Assembly: GCA_951406725.2 (NCBI GenBank)
Contig: OX597819.1
Span: 3,596,001 to 3,660,000 of the forward strand
Length of the DNA stretch: 64,000 bases
DNA from: Octopus vulgaris
Taxonomy: Eukaryota
Direction: 5' to 3'
How positions within the stretch are numbered: the first letter of the stretch is position 1; each line of letters starts with the position of its first letter. The notes beneath the pieces were generated by a model that saw only the letters and a program-made list of their open reading frames with translations, had not been told where the DNA came from and did no database searches. Of this stretch, positions 26,985 through 40,971 are shown one piece after another. The position numbers and the translations under genes are program-made.

Positions 26985-28554
26985 TTTTTTTTTCTTCTTT
27001 CAAATTTGCTTCCATTTCTTGCCAAGTGTCTTCCCGACTCCTAGGGAAAAGAAACTCATAGTATACATTGGTAGGCCATTAAACCAAACTCAATAGTTCG
27101 TTCATTTTTTATTTTATTTTTAAAGTTAAATTAAAATACATGAGCAGCAACAGTTCTCACATCGACAATGCTCTTCTCAATACATGTGATGTACCAGTTA
27201 AGAGAATCTTTTGCACTTCTTGCAGGGATGGTAAGCCAGGGATCATTCTCATATAATTTTCGGTTCCCTTCTTGATCATTCCTAGTGCTCCTACGATCAC
27301 TGGTATTGTAACCGCCTTGAGATGCCACATTTTCTCAATTTCAATGAGTAGGTCTTTATATTTTCTGAGCTTGTCAAACTCTTTCGCTGAGATATTATGA
27401 TCACAGGGGATGCTCATGTCGATCAATAAGCAAACTTTATTGTTTTGGTCTTTCACAACAATATCTGGTTTATTGGCATTGATGGTTCGGTCTGTATGTA
27501 CTGGAAAGTCCCACAGAATCGTTACATTTTCTCCTTCAGTTACAGCTTCAGGGTGGTGATTATACCACTTGTCGGCAGTTTTGATATTGTAATGCCGACT
27601 TATTAGCCAGTGGAGATATTGGCCAACTCTGTCATGTCTTAATTTATACTCCACTAGTGCTAAGACTTTACATCCAGAGATTAGGTGGTCCACTGTTTCA
27701 ATCATGTCGTTGCAGAATCGGCATTTTGGGTCTGCTCCATTTTTCATCACATTGGCCTGGTAGTTCCGGGTTAATAGGCTTTGATCTTGAGCAGCCAGGA
27801 TGAAACCTTCGCTCTCTGCTTTTAGCCCTGAGCTCCGTAGCCACTGATGGGTTTGCTTCTGGTCAACATCAGCTTGTTTGCTGCGGGTCACATATTTGCC
27901 GTGCAGAGGTTTCTCCTCCCACCTATCAGCCAATTGCTCGTGCGCTTTTTTCATTGCCATCATTTTCACTTTCTTTGCAACAATAGTTGCCGTACTTCCC
28001 TCGGGTTGTTCAGTCATTCGATATTTCGAGATATTTGGCCAGTCCAATTGTGGTTGTTTTGTAAGCTAGTTCAAATTGGATCAGGCCTCGACCTCCTTGG
28101 TCTCTGGGAAGGTAAAGGCGATCTACGTCTGCCTTTGGGTGGTGCATCCTATTACAACTCAGCAGCTTGCGTATTTTCCTATCTATATTCTTTACTTCAC
28201 TCATATTCCAGTTCAACACATTGTAGCTATAAGTAACAACTGGAACTGCTAAGGAATTTATAGCTAACACCTTGTTACGTGCATTTAGTTCAGATTTCAG
28301 GACTGCACGAACTCTCCTATAACATTCCTTCCTGATCTTCTCTTTCATGCTTGCATGCTGAATACCAGAGCCTTCATTTATCCCTAAATATTTGTATGTT
28401 TGTTCTTGCTCTCTTATGACTGTGTCAACATCTAACACGACTGAATTTGTGGTCTTCACTTTCCCTTTCTGGAAAGTGGCCTTGGCACACTTCTCAAGTC
28501 CAAACTCCATCCCGATGTCATCGCTGAATGCTTTCACGGTGCGCAATAGGCCTT
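26985..28554 (-). mobile_element. 5'-truncated copy of the same R4/Dong element with (TAA)n tail
   Basis: Near-identical to 7116-8690. It retains the C-terminus PSLQEVQKILLTGTSHVLRRALSM and has a 104-bp internal deletion. Confidence 0.93.
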
Positions 28555-29099
28555 GTTTAGACATATTTTTGAAAATTACATCAAATTCCCCTATTAAAAG
28601 AACAGAAAGAGGGGCTCACCAGAAAGGGCGTGGCGCTTGATGTGCATCTCCTGAAGCAAAATAATTTTCGTGTAGGCGGAAGAATAATAATAACGGATGA
28701 GCAGGAGAAAATGGCAATGAATAAAACAAATGGACACACAAGCACGAACAACAATTTGACATTCAAGAACATTAACAAAAACAACAAACAACAACAACAA
28801 CAACAACAGCAACAACAACAGCTTAAACAGAAGTACAACAATAAAGATGGTAATTTGTATCAAGGTGCCCTGATCATTCTTATATGAGGTTTCCCAACTA
28901 TTTGTATAAGGAAGTGTGCTTTTTAATTTTAACCAGTCTTCATGGGGGACTTTATCACTAATTTCAAGTAACGATCCCCTTCGGTTTTTGCTTTAAAGTA
29001 AGCTCTCAAATACAAAACAGAGTCTAAAATGACATATTTATAAAAAGAAATTAACAACAGATATTGTGACAAGACTAAAATCTAAGCTAAAAATGGACC

Positions 29100-29370
29100 T
29101 ATAATGTGTCACGACAGAGTAACGCCAAGGAAATGTGGACAATACTTAAGAAGGTTGAACAAAGTGGAAGTGGACAGTCAAAACCCCAAGACTGGTCGAG
29201 AAGTGCTAAACCCGATGCAGCGGGCGAAAGGTATTTGATTGTGGCACAAGACCAAAGCCTTCCCACTGGAAATTACCGAAACCATATAATGAAGCTGAAT
29301 ATAGTATCTGCAGAGGAAAAAAATAACAGCCAGGAAGTAATAACAATACGAAAACATGTCTTGAGATAAG
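29100..29370 (+). pseudogene. Old R4-like relic
   Basis: ERYLIVAQDQSLPTGNYRNHIMK aligns to EGFILAAQDQSLLTRNYQANVMK. Confidence 0.7.
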
Positions 29371-30639
29371 AATACGTGTACTACTGGGGTCAATTAATTG
29401 ACTGTTTCCCCACATAAAATGTCTAACCTTATGACTATATTACAAGGTATTGTCATTCGTACTTTTATTAAAAAAACTATCTTTCATATTATAAAATGCT
29501 GTTTCAATTTTAGATTTTATTAACGGAAGTAGTAAAAAAAAAGAAGTTATTGACAACTATAATTCATACAAAATGAAAGTTAGTATAAAAAATATGACCA
29601 AAAAGATTGGAATTGTTTCGAAAGTGATGAATTGATTAACCTGATTAGTGAATCAAATAAGAAGAGAAGTTTTCTATCTAACAATCTGAAATGTTACAGA
29701 AGAGAAAAAAAAAAATACGAAACAAATTCATATGAATTATTTTGCTGATCTTTGCAATATCGACAAAACTACTACAGTTATAAAAATGATGATAATTATT
29801 GCTGCTGCTGCTATTGACGTTGAAGATGCTAAGAGTAGTAGTAGTAGTAGTAATCAGAAGAAGAGCAACAACAACAATGACAGTTTTCATTTAAAAAATT
29901 GTACCTGATGGCAATTTCAAACATTACAAGTAATTCATTGTTCACAGAAAACAAACTAATCGAAATAAAAAGAAGGGAAGAAAAACATTTATATCTGTAC
30001 TACTTTTTTTTTTTTACTTATGTAGCTTAATATTAATTTCAATCATTTCTTATATTGACATGAAAAGTGTTACATGATTTAATGAAGAAAAATGCACATT
30101 AGAAATTTCCCAAGTTGCTGTTTGCAAAGGTTTTCGATTGCTGGCGTGACTGTGAACAAATCTTCTGTCTTTGATAAAGATGCTTAATATAAACGCTCAA
30201 ATAAGCTGCACAGTCAAGCTAATTCATGGTTCAAAAGAAGCCTTAGCACATCGGCGAAATCAGGTGAATACCAAATGCGTACTTCTTGATATGCCATACT
30301 GATTTTAAGTTCTGATATGGGCTTCTGCAGAATGATATAGGTGAATGAATCTGCAACCAGATTTCTGTTTTTAGAGTAGAAGTTGATTTTATGTTGCCAC
30401 TGCCGCAGAGTACACATATGCATCATAGCTTTGATTCTATTATCTCTAGAATCAAGGGTTTATACCTGTCTCGTCATGATAACGGGAAATTACACTGAAA
30501 GCTGAATATATTGCACAGAATAATGGACCCTTACTCATACTTATTTAACCAAATTGAAAAAGAATTCAGAACACTTAACGAGATAGATTCCTTTTCACCT
30601 GTCTACCATACTTCCTAAATAAATATTAAAATTATTCTC

Positions 30640-31023
30640 ATGGGGCATTCTGAAATCTTAAGGTCCTTTGCAATGAATCTCATTGATTTTTTATTTCTTG
30701 GACATTTTTGTTCAAAGATGTGTTCTGGTGCTCTTAAGACCCCATGCATGCATTTTGTGCTTAGCTGCTGCTGTTGTTGGATACCCATCAGGCATGTCCA
30801 GTTCCTTTCGAATCTTGACGACTAAGGATCGGGAAACTTTCGAGAATCGAGCTATCTCTTTATCACTATGCTGCCCTTTTAAGGCAAGGATTACAGCCTC
30901 TTTTCATTTGCCAAGTCAATCCTGCTGTCGGATATTATTTATCTGCAAATTAAGGTAAGAAAAAAGAAACTACAAGAAAGCTAGAGCTCTTGAAAGAGAC
31001 GTCCTAAAAACAGACGCACCCTG
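30640..31023 (-). mobile_element. Tc1/mariner (maT-like) transposon 5' relic
   Basis: TA|CAGGGTGCGTCTG terminus; minus peptide AVILALKGQHSDKEIARFSKVSRSLVVKIRKEL...KSMRFIAKDLKISE (two HTHs). Confidence 0.72.
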
Positions 31024-31039
31024 TATATATATATGTGTG

Positions 31040-31113
<74 letters not shown>

Positions 31114-31398
31114 CGTTTATACTACACCACACCCGGAACCTTCCTTGAATTGGATCTTGAGCCTATTGTGGACTATGAACTGCATGCCTGAATACACTCT
31201 TGTGTGATTGTACGCATACGTTGTGTGTATTTGGTCTGTACATATGGGTGTACACGTAACTGGAAGGACAAATCCGTTTTTACCCTGGTAATTAATTGCG
31301 TACCCGTACACACTGTTGATACACGGGTATGCTGTCATTGACACTACGTTGGTATCCTTATTATTAGAATATTTCAATTCTATTAGATCCTGAAAAAG

Positions 31399-31432
<34 letters not shown>

Positions 31433-31687
31433 AATTTTATGCAGTGGATGTTGGGAGGGACGATGATGGGTAAAATTTAGTGGGTATGTGTAACGGTGCG
31501 CAAGATGTGCAGTGATGGTTGACGTCTGGGAGAGAGAAGACACTGTAGGAGTGGATGCTAATTACACTAAGCAAGAACAACTTTATCACAAGTGTTGTGA
31601 GTGGACTTTTGTATGCTGAATCTAAATATAGATCCAGATTTTGCCCTATCAGGTTACTTTTACTGTGACATAATATTAATATTTTCC

Positions 31688-31973
31688 CGGTTACGACGAC
31701 GAGGGTTCCGGTTGATCCGAATCAACGGAACAGCCTGCTCGTGAAATTAACGTGTAAGTGGCTGAGCACTCCACAGACACGGGTACCCTTAACGGGGATA
31801 TTCAGCGTGACACAGAGAGTGACAAGGCCGGCCCTTTGAAAATACAGGTACAACAGAAACAGGAAGTAAGAGTGAGAGAAAGTTGTGGTGAAAGAGTACA
31901 GCTGAAGCCTCGTGGAGCTTTAGGAGTTTTCGCTCAATAAACACTCACAACGCCCTGGGCCATTGCGCCTCCA
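31688..31973 (-). mobile_element. SINE family C (internally deleted)
   Basis: Reverse complement of 32469-32852. Confidence 0.85.
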
Positions 31974-32029
31974 CTCCCGTCATTTATCATAATTACGAAT
32001 AAAGAAAGTAATATAGTATTTTAATGTAA

Positions 32030-32240
32030 GGCGACAGAATGGCAGAATGGTTAACACGTCAGGCAAAATACTAAACGGCATTTCGTCCGTCTTTACGTTC
32101 TGAATTAAAATTCCACCGAGATCGACTTTGCCTTTCATCCTTTCGGTATCGATAAAATAAATACCAATTGAGAACTGGGGTCGATGTAATCGACTTCCTC
32201 TTCCCTCGGAATTGCTGGCCTTGTGCCAAAATTTGAAACC
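32030..32240 (+). mobile_element. SINE A (older tail type)
   Basis: Family A head and body, tail ...ccttgtgccaaaatttgaaacca. Confidence 0.85.
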
Positions 32241-32468
32241 AATATATTATTTTAATGTAACTATCTTTAAGGGTGTTAATATGTGTGTTATTTTATCTTT
32301 ATGTTAGATTAATGCAATGTATACTTTCGGGACTATAATGTTTGCAGTATAAATTTAGTGAGAGCGGCAGACAATGTTGGCTGAAACACGTTCACAATTA
32401 TTTCGACATAAGCCTACTTTTTGTGTAGAGAGTAGCTTGATTTTACTCTACTTGTAAATGACACGGTG

Positions 32469-32852
32469 TGGAGGCGCAATGGCCCAGTGGTTAGGGCAGC
32501 GAACTCGCGGTCATAGGATCGCGGTTTCGATTCCCAGACCGGGCGTTGTGAGTGTTTATTGAGCGAAAACACCTAAAAGTTCCACGAGGCTCCGGCAGGA
32601 GATAGTGGTGATCCCTGCTGTACTCTTTCACCACAACTTTCTCTCACTCTTACTTCCTGTTTCTGTTGTACCTGTATTTCAAAAGGCCGGCCTTGTCACT
32701 CTCTGTGTCACGCTGAATATCCCCGAGAACTACGTTAAGGGTACACGTGTCTGTGGAGTGCTCAGCCACTTACACGTTAATTTCACGAGCAGGCTGTTCC
32801 GTTGATTCGGATCAACCGGAACCCTCGTCGTCGTAACCGATGGAGTGCTTCC
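32469..32852 (+). mobile_element. Full-length SINE family C
   Basis: tRNA-like head (tggcccagtggttagg / gtttcgattcc); 13-bp TSD aaatgacacggtg at 32456-32468 and 32853-32865. Confidence 0.92.
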
Positions 32853-33129
32853 AAATGACACGGTGCCAGCAGCAAATGTGCGTATTGCATCAATGTTATA
32901 TTAATCCAGGCGCTTTATCACGACGCAGAACTTCCTGATTGATTCTAATTGCTTCTGCTATGTATGTTACGTTACAACTTAAACATACCGGAAATGTAAC
33001 TGTACTCTATTAATAAAGTATTTTATGAACTTCATCAAAGCTCGATGATGAGGACAGGAGTTTGGCTAAACAATTCCAGTCGCACGCCATTTACTGTTCG
33101 AAGGTATATATATATATATATATATCTGA

Positions 33130-33400
33130 TGGACTCACAGCTTTAACCGAACGACCTGCAAAAATAATTCGTTTATAGTGATCAAATGTTTGTGCTGCAC
33201 AAAAGCTCACTCCATCCATCAAATCGACGTTGTCTGAATATTTGCACGGTGTACCACGTGTCAAATATCGAAGTGGTCGCAGAGCAACGTGAGATGAAGT
33301 GTCTTGGTGAAGGTTACAGCGCACCACCCGGTCTAGGAATTGAAACCACGACCTCGCGATTGCGAGTGTAACACCCTAACCACTAAGCTTTGCGCCCTCA
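33130..33400 (-). mobile_element. Degenerate tRNA-derived SINE related to C/D
   Basis: Head gggcgcaaagcttagtggttagggtgtt...gtttcaattcc on the minus strand. Confidence 0.65.
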
Positions 33401-34405
33401 ATACACGCAGGCGTGCACGCGCGCGAGCAAAGAGCCTCCTTCTGTTTCGGTTTACAAAATCCACTCACAAATCTTTGGTTGGCACGGGCTGTAGTAGATG
33501 ACAGTTGCCTAAGATGCCTTAGATTGAACTCGAAACCCTGTGGTTGGGAAACAATCTTCTTAGCATACCCTCACGTCTGCGCGTAGGTTACGCAACCTGA
33601 TACCGGTTTATATCGGTTAGCATAAACACACTTATACATACACATACACACATTCGCGCACACACACACATATATATGATGGGCTTCTCTATAGTTTCCT
33701 GTGGGATTGAACCCGAAACCATATGGTCATGAAGTGACGTTTTTATCCAAATAGTCATTTGTATGCTTCTCTGCAAACGTATATTCCTTACAATTTGTGT
33801 GATATAGATGACAAATAAATAAACAAATATAATATAATACAACATAATATTTTATTATTAAGTGAACGATCACAACATTATTAATAGTCTGTCTTCATTT
33901 TTAAGCGTTTTGACAGTCAGAAAATATGAAAAGTTACGTACGATTCATCTTAATTCAATCATGTCAGGATAGAGTAGCGAATCCTTTGATGTTTATTTAT
34001 TACTTCAGTTTCTTTTCTCACATGTGTAATTTCTGCAATGATTACAGAAATCCTTGAAGAACTAAAGGAACTTCTAATGATATGGTAAGCGAAATATGTT
34101 CTGAATGTGAAGACACACCGCTATGTAATATAAAGATATACGATTCAAACAGCTCTGTCGTCTGCTGGCCGACATTGTAAAAGAAACTTACAAGTCTGTT
34201 ACTACTCACTATACTATCTTGTAGTCATTTATCAAATAAATTACTATAATAATACTTACATCTTGCATGTACTTCTCTCTTTCACACGCACTCTTGATTC
34301 ACTCTCTCTCTCTCTCTCTCTCCTCTTTCCCTCCTCTTCAGTTTTTGTCCCTCTCTGCCTCTATCTCTGTCTCTGTCTGTCTCTGTCTCTCTAACTATAT
34401 ATATA

Positions 34406-35235
34406 CAGGCATACCTCATCCTGCGTCGTTTATTGGTGCCAGGAGACACGACTTAAGTCGAATTAACTTGCCTCTGGCCTAGGCTACGCCGAATTTACTT
34501 GTCTCTAGGCTAAACCGATAATAACCATTCCCAGTTCTGTATTTTATTTATGAATGCATTTTCAATAACACATGGTTTGATATGCTTGATATGTGCTAAA
34601 ATTTTGCCCTTACTATGTACAATCGTCGATACAGTTATCCGACTCATCCCAAAAGATCGTGCAATTACTACCACATTTTCACCTTTTTCATGGCGTTTTA
34701 TCATAGCCAGTCTATCTTCCGGTGTTATAGCATGACGCTTAGCACTTTCACTATAAATTTTCTTAGGAGCCATGGGGGCAAAATATAAAGTCACAAATGA
34801 ATGGGAATGAGAAAGTAGCCGATAAACAGACGTAAAAACAAATCTGAATTCAAAACAATCGCGGGAATCACCAGTGACAACGACGCCTAACGGTATATAT
34901 TGACACTACAATGCAATATGAACTCCAAAAGACCGAATAAATAAGACAACACAACTGATTTCATGATTTCGTTCACTAAGCTACACTACTTTATGGGTGT
35001 GTTTCTTAACATTTACTGTACGTATTTTAATATGATTTTATATGCTTTTATTCTTATTTATTGTACAGTAACATGATTTTATGTGCTTTTAACGGTTTTC
35101 TAGTAATTTTACGATTCCAATATTTGTGGCGGACAAAAGTAGGGTCGAGTAAAATGACTTAACTTGATTTTTGTTTTTTTATATATTATTTTTGAAAATC
35201 GACGTATAATCGAGAACGAGTTAAATCGAAACGGC
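34406..35235 (-). mobile_element. Tigger/pogo internally deleted transposon with CENP-B-type HTH-psq fragment
   Basis: TA|CAGGCATACCTC terminus; ORF 34510-34794 MAPKK..KRHAITPEDRLAMIKRHEKGENVVVIARSFGMSRITVSTIVHSKGKI. Confidence 0.8.
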
Positions 35236-35295
35236 TTCAGCCGATATATACATATATATGAATACATATGTATATGTATGTATAACATATGTGTT

Positions 35296-35335
<40 letters not shown>

Positions 35336-35736
35336 CATATATACATTCATATATATATATATGTGGGATTGTCGAAGCTGGTGGGTTGAATGATTTCTCC
35401 AGCCGCGCCTTACATCGTAAATAGAGAAAGGGAGGATGGGTAAAAGAGAGTTGTGGGGTTATTGCTTGGTGGGAGGCAATGAATACAGGAAAGCTACATA
35501 GAGACGGATGATCACAAGGAGGAGCTGGAGGAAAAATGATAGAGTGGTGATGGCGGCAAATACGTACATGTTGTTCTAGGTGCATCTTGTGTGTTACGAT
35601 CAGTTTAGTAGATATAAGCGCGCATTAGCAAATAATGGGTTTGGTGAATTCTATAACAAAAAAGCGTGTACTCTTGTGCTTTTTAACGACCCGAGGTAGC
35701 TTTGATTAGGGACATATGCAATAAGGCCGAAATAAC

Positions 35737-35796
<60 letters not shown>

Positions 35797-35824
35797 CGAG
35801 AAAGAAGCAACAAGAATGGATTAG

Positions 35825-35915
35825 TTTTAGTACAATTGTTTCATACAAAGACAGGCTTTATTACAAGTTGCAAAAATTGCAGCAGATAAAAGTGTCCCGT
35901 ACTCATCAGCTAAAA
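35825..35915 (-). ncRNA. Type I hammerhead ribozyme motif with long stem II
   Basis: Minus strand: ttttag-CTGATGA-gtac...(60 nt)...gtat-GAAAC-AATT-GTA^ctaaaa. Confidence 0.82.
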
Positions 35916-36241
35916 TACATATGAGTTCTCCATACATCTTAGTGGGTGAGGTTATACTCATGAAATATTGGAGATAATTCCATTAAAGGCAGATATAGGT
36001 TGTAAACAGTTTTCCAAAGTTCCTTAATGATGATGCACAGTCTTATCACAGATTTTTAAAAACTTATTAGTTTCAAAGAGAAGATGAACTAAAAACTAAT
36101 CCATTCTTGTTGCTTCTTTCTCGTTTATAATCACCCCACATTACTGTATGGTTAACACCATATAGTTTTTCTGGTGCATCTAAGTTAAGTACCACATTCA
36201 AGTAAATTCCAATGAATTTACTTGAATCTTAATTGCTTTGA

Positions 36242-36277
<36 letters not shown>

Positions 36278-36278
36278 G

Positions 36279-36324
<46 letters not shown>

Positions 36325-36326
36325 AT

Positions 36327-36430
36327 GTTTTCGCTCAATAAACACACACAACGCCCGGTCTGGGAATCGAAACCGCGATCCTACGACCGCGAGTCCGCTG
36401 TCCTAACCACTGGGCCATTGCGTCTCCACT
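36327..36430 (-). mobile_element. SINE C head fragment
   Basis: Reverse complement of the family C head. Confidence 0.8.
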
Positions 36431-36455
36431 ATATATATATATATATATATATACA

Positions 36456-36496
<41 letters not shown>

Positions 36497-36538
36497 CAAA
36501 AATAATTCTCTAAACGAGATATAGACAGTAACTGCTCC

Positions 36539-36972
36539 ATAACAAAAGGGACATTAGCCATTTGAATGTGGCTAGGGACAGGGCAGGGCGGTGGGGGTGT
36601 TACTGATGCATTTAGCCCCAGGCGATCATCAACGTCACCAGATAGGCTTGACACCATCACGGTGTCCTCTATCCTGCAAAGGGAGATCATTCCCCGAAGA
36701 AGCGGATGCCACACACGGACCCAGGTTTCAAGGTGTTTGCCTCTTGTCAACGTATGGTAGGCACCGCCCCTCGACGAACGACTCTCTGTGCAGGATATTT
36801 ATATATAGATTCTTCGGGGAATGATCTCCCTTTGCAGGATAGAGGACACCGTGATGGTGTCAAGCCTATCTGGTGACGTTGATGATCGCCTGGGGCTAAA
36901 TGCATCAGTAACACCCCCACCGCCCTGCACTGTCCCTAGCCACATTCAAATGGCTAATGTCCCTTTTGTTAT
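36539..36972. repeat. 163-bp inverted repeat (one mismatch) with 108-bp spacer, in (TA)n
   Basis: Arms 36539-36701 and 36810-36972. Confidence 0.95.
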
Positions 36973-36985
36973 ATATATATATACA

Positions 36986-37452
<467 letters not shown>

Positions 37453-37454
<2 letters not shown>

Positions 37455-37750
37455 ATCGACTTAATCCCTTTGTCTCTCCTTGTTTGTCCCCTCTATGTTT
37501 AGTAGCCCCATGTGGGCAATAAAGAAATCCATCCTGCTCTCCAATTCTCCCGCACTATCTTATTTCTTTATTGCCCACATGGGGATACTAAACACAGAGG
37601 GGACAAACAAGGACAGTGCGTAACTGGTACTTATTTAATCGACCCCGAAAGGATGAAGGGCAAAGTCGACCTCGGCGGAATTTGAACTCAGAACGTAACG
37701 GCAGATGAAATACGGCTACGCATTTCCTTCGGCGTGCTAACGTTTCTGCC
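37453..37750. mobile_element. Tail-to-tail SINE A fragments
   Basis: Plus-strand tail 37453-37530 and minus-strand copy 37560-37750. Confidence 0.8.
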
Positions 37751-37769
37751 ATCTCTAACTCTTCCGTTA

Positions 37770-39480
37770 AATTTATCGACATATCTGTCAGCATACACCA
37801 CTCCGCTCTCACTGCCTTCATTCACTACAAACACACTCACACTCCTACCTTAACTTATCCTCCTCCCACCCTATCCAAATAAAGATCTCCATTTTCTACT
37901 CCCAATTCTTCCGTCTACGCAGGCTCTATAGTGACGACCATAACTTTGAGACTCAGTCTCAACTCATGGCTCGACACTTCATCCTACGTGCATACACCCC
38001 CACCATTATCAACACTGCCCTTGTCCGACCGTGATCTGTTGACCGCATCTCTGCTCTTTCTCCTCGCACCCATCCAACGCACCAATCTCCGTGCCTTTCG
38101 GCGACTCCACTCCGACTCCTCCACCTCGCACAGCTTCCCTAACCTACCCTACCATTCTGCAAACGAGCCCATAACCTGTGTGACCTCCTGGTCAACAGAT
38201 TCTTCCCTGCTCCCGCCCACGCTGTCGCACCTCTCCAAAACCACCATCCTCACAGGCAACCATCATACTTCCTATCACGTCACCGACTCCTTTACTTGCA
38301 CCTCTAGTAATGTTATTTACTGCATCTCCTGGTCTCTCTGTCCTTCCCTGTACATTGGTCAAACGGGATCCTGCTTGGCTGATCATTTCCCAGTGCACCT
38401 CCGAGACATTAGACTCGGCAATGATACCCCGGTCTCGAGTCACGTCCGCTCTACCGGTTATTCACTACAACATCTGTCTGTGTTCAGACTGTCTCTGGAC
38501 AAGGGCCACCCGGACTCCCGCCTTCGCTGTGAATGAGAACTAATCTTCTCACTTCGTTCCTTTGCTCCACATGGGCTCAACTCACCTCCTTTCCTCGTCT
38601 GACACCAACCTCACACAAATTCCTACACACCACCCACCTTCAACTTCCTCCTCTACCTACACACCTGCATACCACCCACCTCAGCGCCCTCACCACACAT
38701 GCACACCCATACACACTGTTCAATTCATCACTCACTTCACACACCATTACACACACACACCCACAACGCCTTTCCACTCCACGAGCAAAAGCACCGACCA
38801 CTTCTCAACACCCACACGACACACCATTATCCACTCACCCATACACAGACTCCAATAGCATCACCACACATATCACTATACGAGCAGTCACACACACTGT
38901 TTAATTCAGTACACACCATACCATCATGTATACTCCCACACCCATACAAGCACATATCTGAATACAGACAATATACACACTCGCACGCAATACGCATAAA
39001 TACACCCAACACGCACAAACACACGCACACGCATAGACAATGACTTTCACCTATAAACATATACTACACACATACACACTATTTGATCACAGACACATAC
39101 GCATGTGTGCACACCACTTGAAAAAGCACATATCAACTGCTACACACAACAGTCACACACACACACACATACACACCATTCTCACATACACACGCACGCT
39201 TGCACACCTCAGTTCGCTAGGATCACCATTTTTATCTCCTTTTCATTCAACCCCTTTTTTTTCCCAATCATCTCGCCATGTTGGACCACTGAACTTTACA
39301 CAGTTATTCACTCACCACTTTTTTCATTCTCCCTCCATTTTCCCCCTCTTTTTCCTTCCTGTGGAAGAGCGGAGGCTCGAAACTTAAAAGGCTTTTCCAT
39401 TTTTCCGGAACGTTAAACTAATACATGTGCTTGTTGTTTCTACACCTGTCTTCATCTTTTGTTTTTCTGTAGATTTGAGC
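37770..39480 (+). mobile_element. Penelope-like (Neptune-type) retroelement relic: RT C-terminus, GIY-YIG endonuclease, CA-rich 3' region
   Basis: SFTCTSSNVIYCISWSLCPSLYIGQTG..LADHF..HLRDIR. Hammerhead-like gagc/gctc-GAAAC at about 39355-39390; ends at (TA)n. Confidence 0.85.
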
Positions 39481-39494
39481 TATATATATATGCA

Positions 39495-39539
<45 letters not shown>

Positions 39540-39568
39540 ATGTGCGCGCGCGTGTGTGTGTATGTGTG

Positions 39569-39634
<66 letters not shown>

Positions 39635-39659
39635 ATCTATCTATCTATCTATCTATCTA

Positions 39660-39693
<34 letters not shown>

Positions 39694-40589
39694 CATGGCG
39701 TTATTAGGTAGAAGTGTTGGCATTAATGGATAGCAAAATAGAACACCGACGTATAATCACGCACGCAAGCACTTACATACAATCGTATGTGTGTATGTGT
39801 GTGTAAATGTGGGTATGGGTATGTGTATGCATATTTATATAAGAAACTCCAATGGTTTGCTGGGAAAATGGCAATAGTGGTGGTGATGGTTTTAGCAGGA
39901 ATATTGCGATGACGAATTAGAAACAAACAGAGGACGGAGAAAGTGGATATGACAAGTGTTAGGGGAAACGGCTTGGAGGGATGCGGAAGAGGAGGAAACA
40001 TATAACGGTTCCGATGTTTTACAGTACACAAATACTGACAAACGCTTGCGAGTGCACGCAAGTTTGACCATACATGAACGCGCACGCGTGCGGGCGTTGC
40101 TATTTATGTATGTGTGCATCTACATGCGTGTGTTTATGCATGTTTGTCTATGTGTGCCTTTGCATGTGTGTGTAATATATATTGCGAACTGTAGCAGTAG
40201 CAATAAAAAATCAATGCAAATATTATTAAGTGAAATTCATACTTTAAAGAAATTGCAGCTAATTTAACGCATCCACTTCACAGGAAATTATTGTTTGATA
40301 ACGATAGAAAGATTGAACGAGTACTTTACCCTTGTAAAACGTCAATAGTCAAACATTTGCTGCAGTTTTATTATTCTGCTTACAGTTAGCAATGGGAATA
40401 ATTCAAGGTATCATGTCTGAATACAGCCTTTACATTTAGGTCAAGAAACAACGTGAATAGGAGAACACGACAAAGACAGAGCAGCACAAGAAAATCCTGA
40501 ACTGCGAAGAACAAGAATTCACGAAATATATTGACATTGAGTTAATTTTGAAAAATCTTGCCTCTCACAATATAGAAATATTTTTCATG

Positions 40590-40880
40590 GCTCTAGCTGA
40601 CAAAATGGAAAAGGCGTTGCCCTGGATGATGGCAAGGGAGACGCGCTGGAACAGCCACTCTGACTCACGGGCAGCACTTGCGGACAGCCATCTCCGCTCT
40701 AATAGCAGTGAGCACGGATATGGTCCAGGGACCGAAAACGTCGGATGTCTCCACTGCCACAAGCTCAACCATAAACCTGTAGGAGAATGACCGATACCTT
40801 GACAGTTTATTCTTCTTAGCCTGGCGTGCAGCGGAACCTGAACTGGTTGGTGACAACATCGAGTTGCCACTGGAGGTGGC
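40590..40880 (-). pseudogene. CRE-clade non-LTR relic, RLE C-terminus
   Basis: SAARQAKKNKLSRY..VAVETSDVFGP..ESEWLFQRVSLAIIQGNAFSILS. Confidence 0.72.
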
Positions 40881-40888
40881 ACAACATA

Positions 40889-40959
<71 letters not shown>

Positions 40960-40971
<12 letters not shown>

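Noticed and set aside
32469-32545. tRNA genes at SINE heads
   Set aside because: tRNA-like A/B boxes continue into multi-copy SINE bodies with TSDs; no proper acceptor stem.
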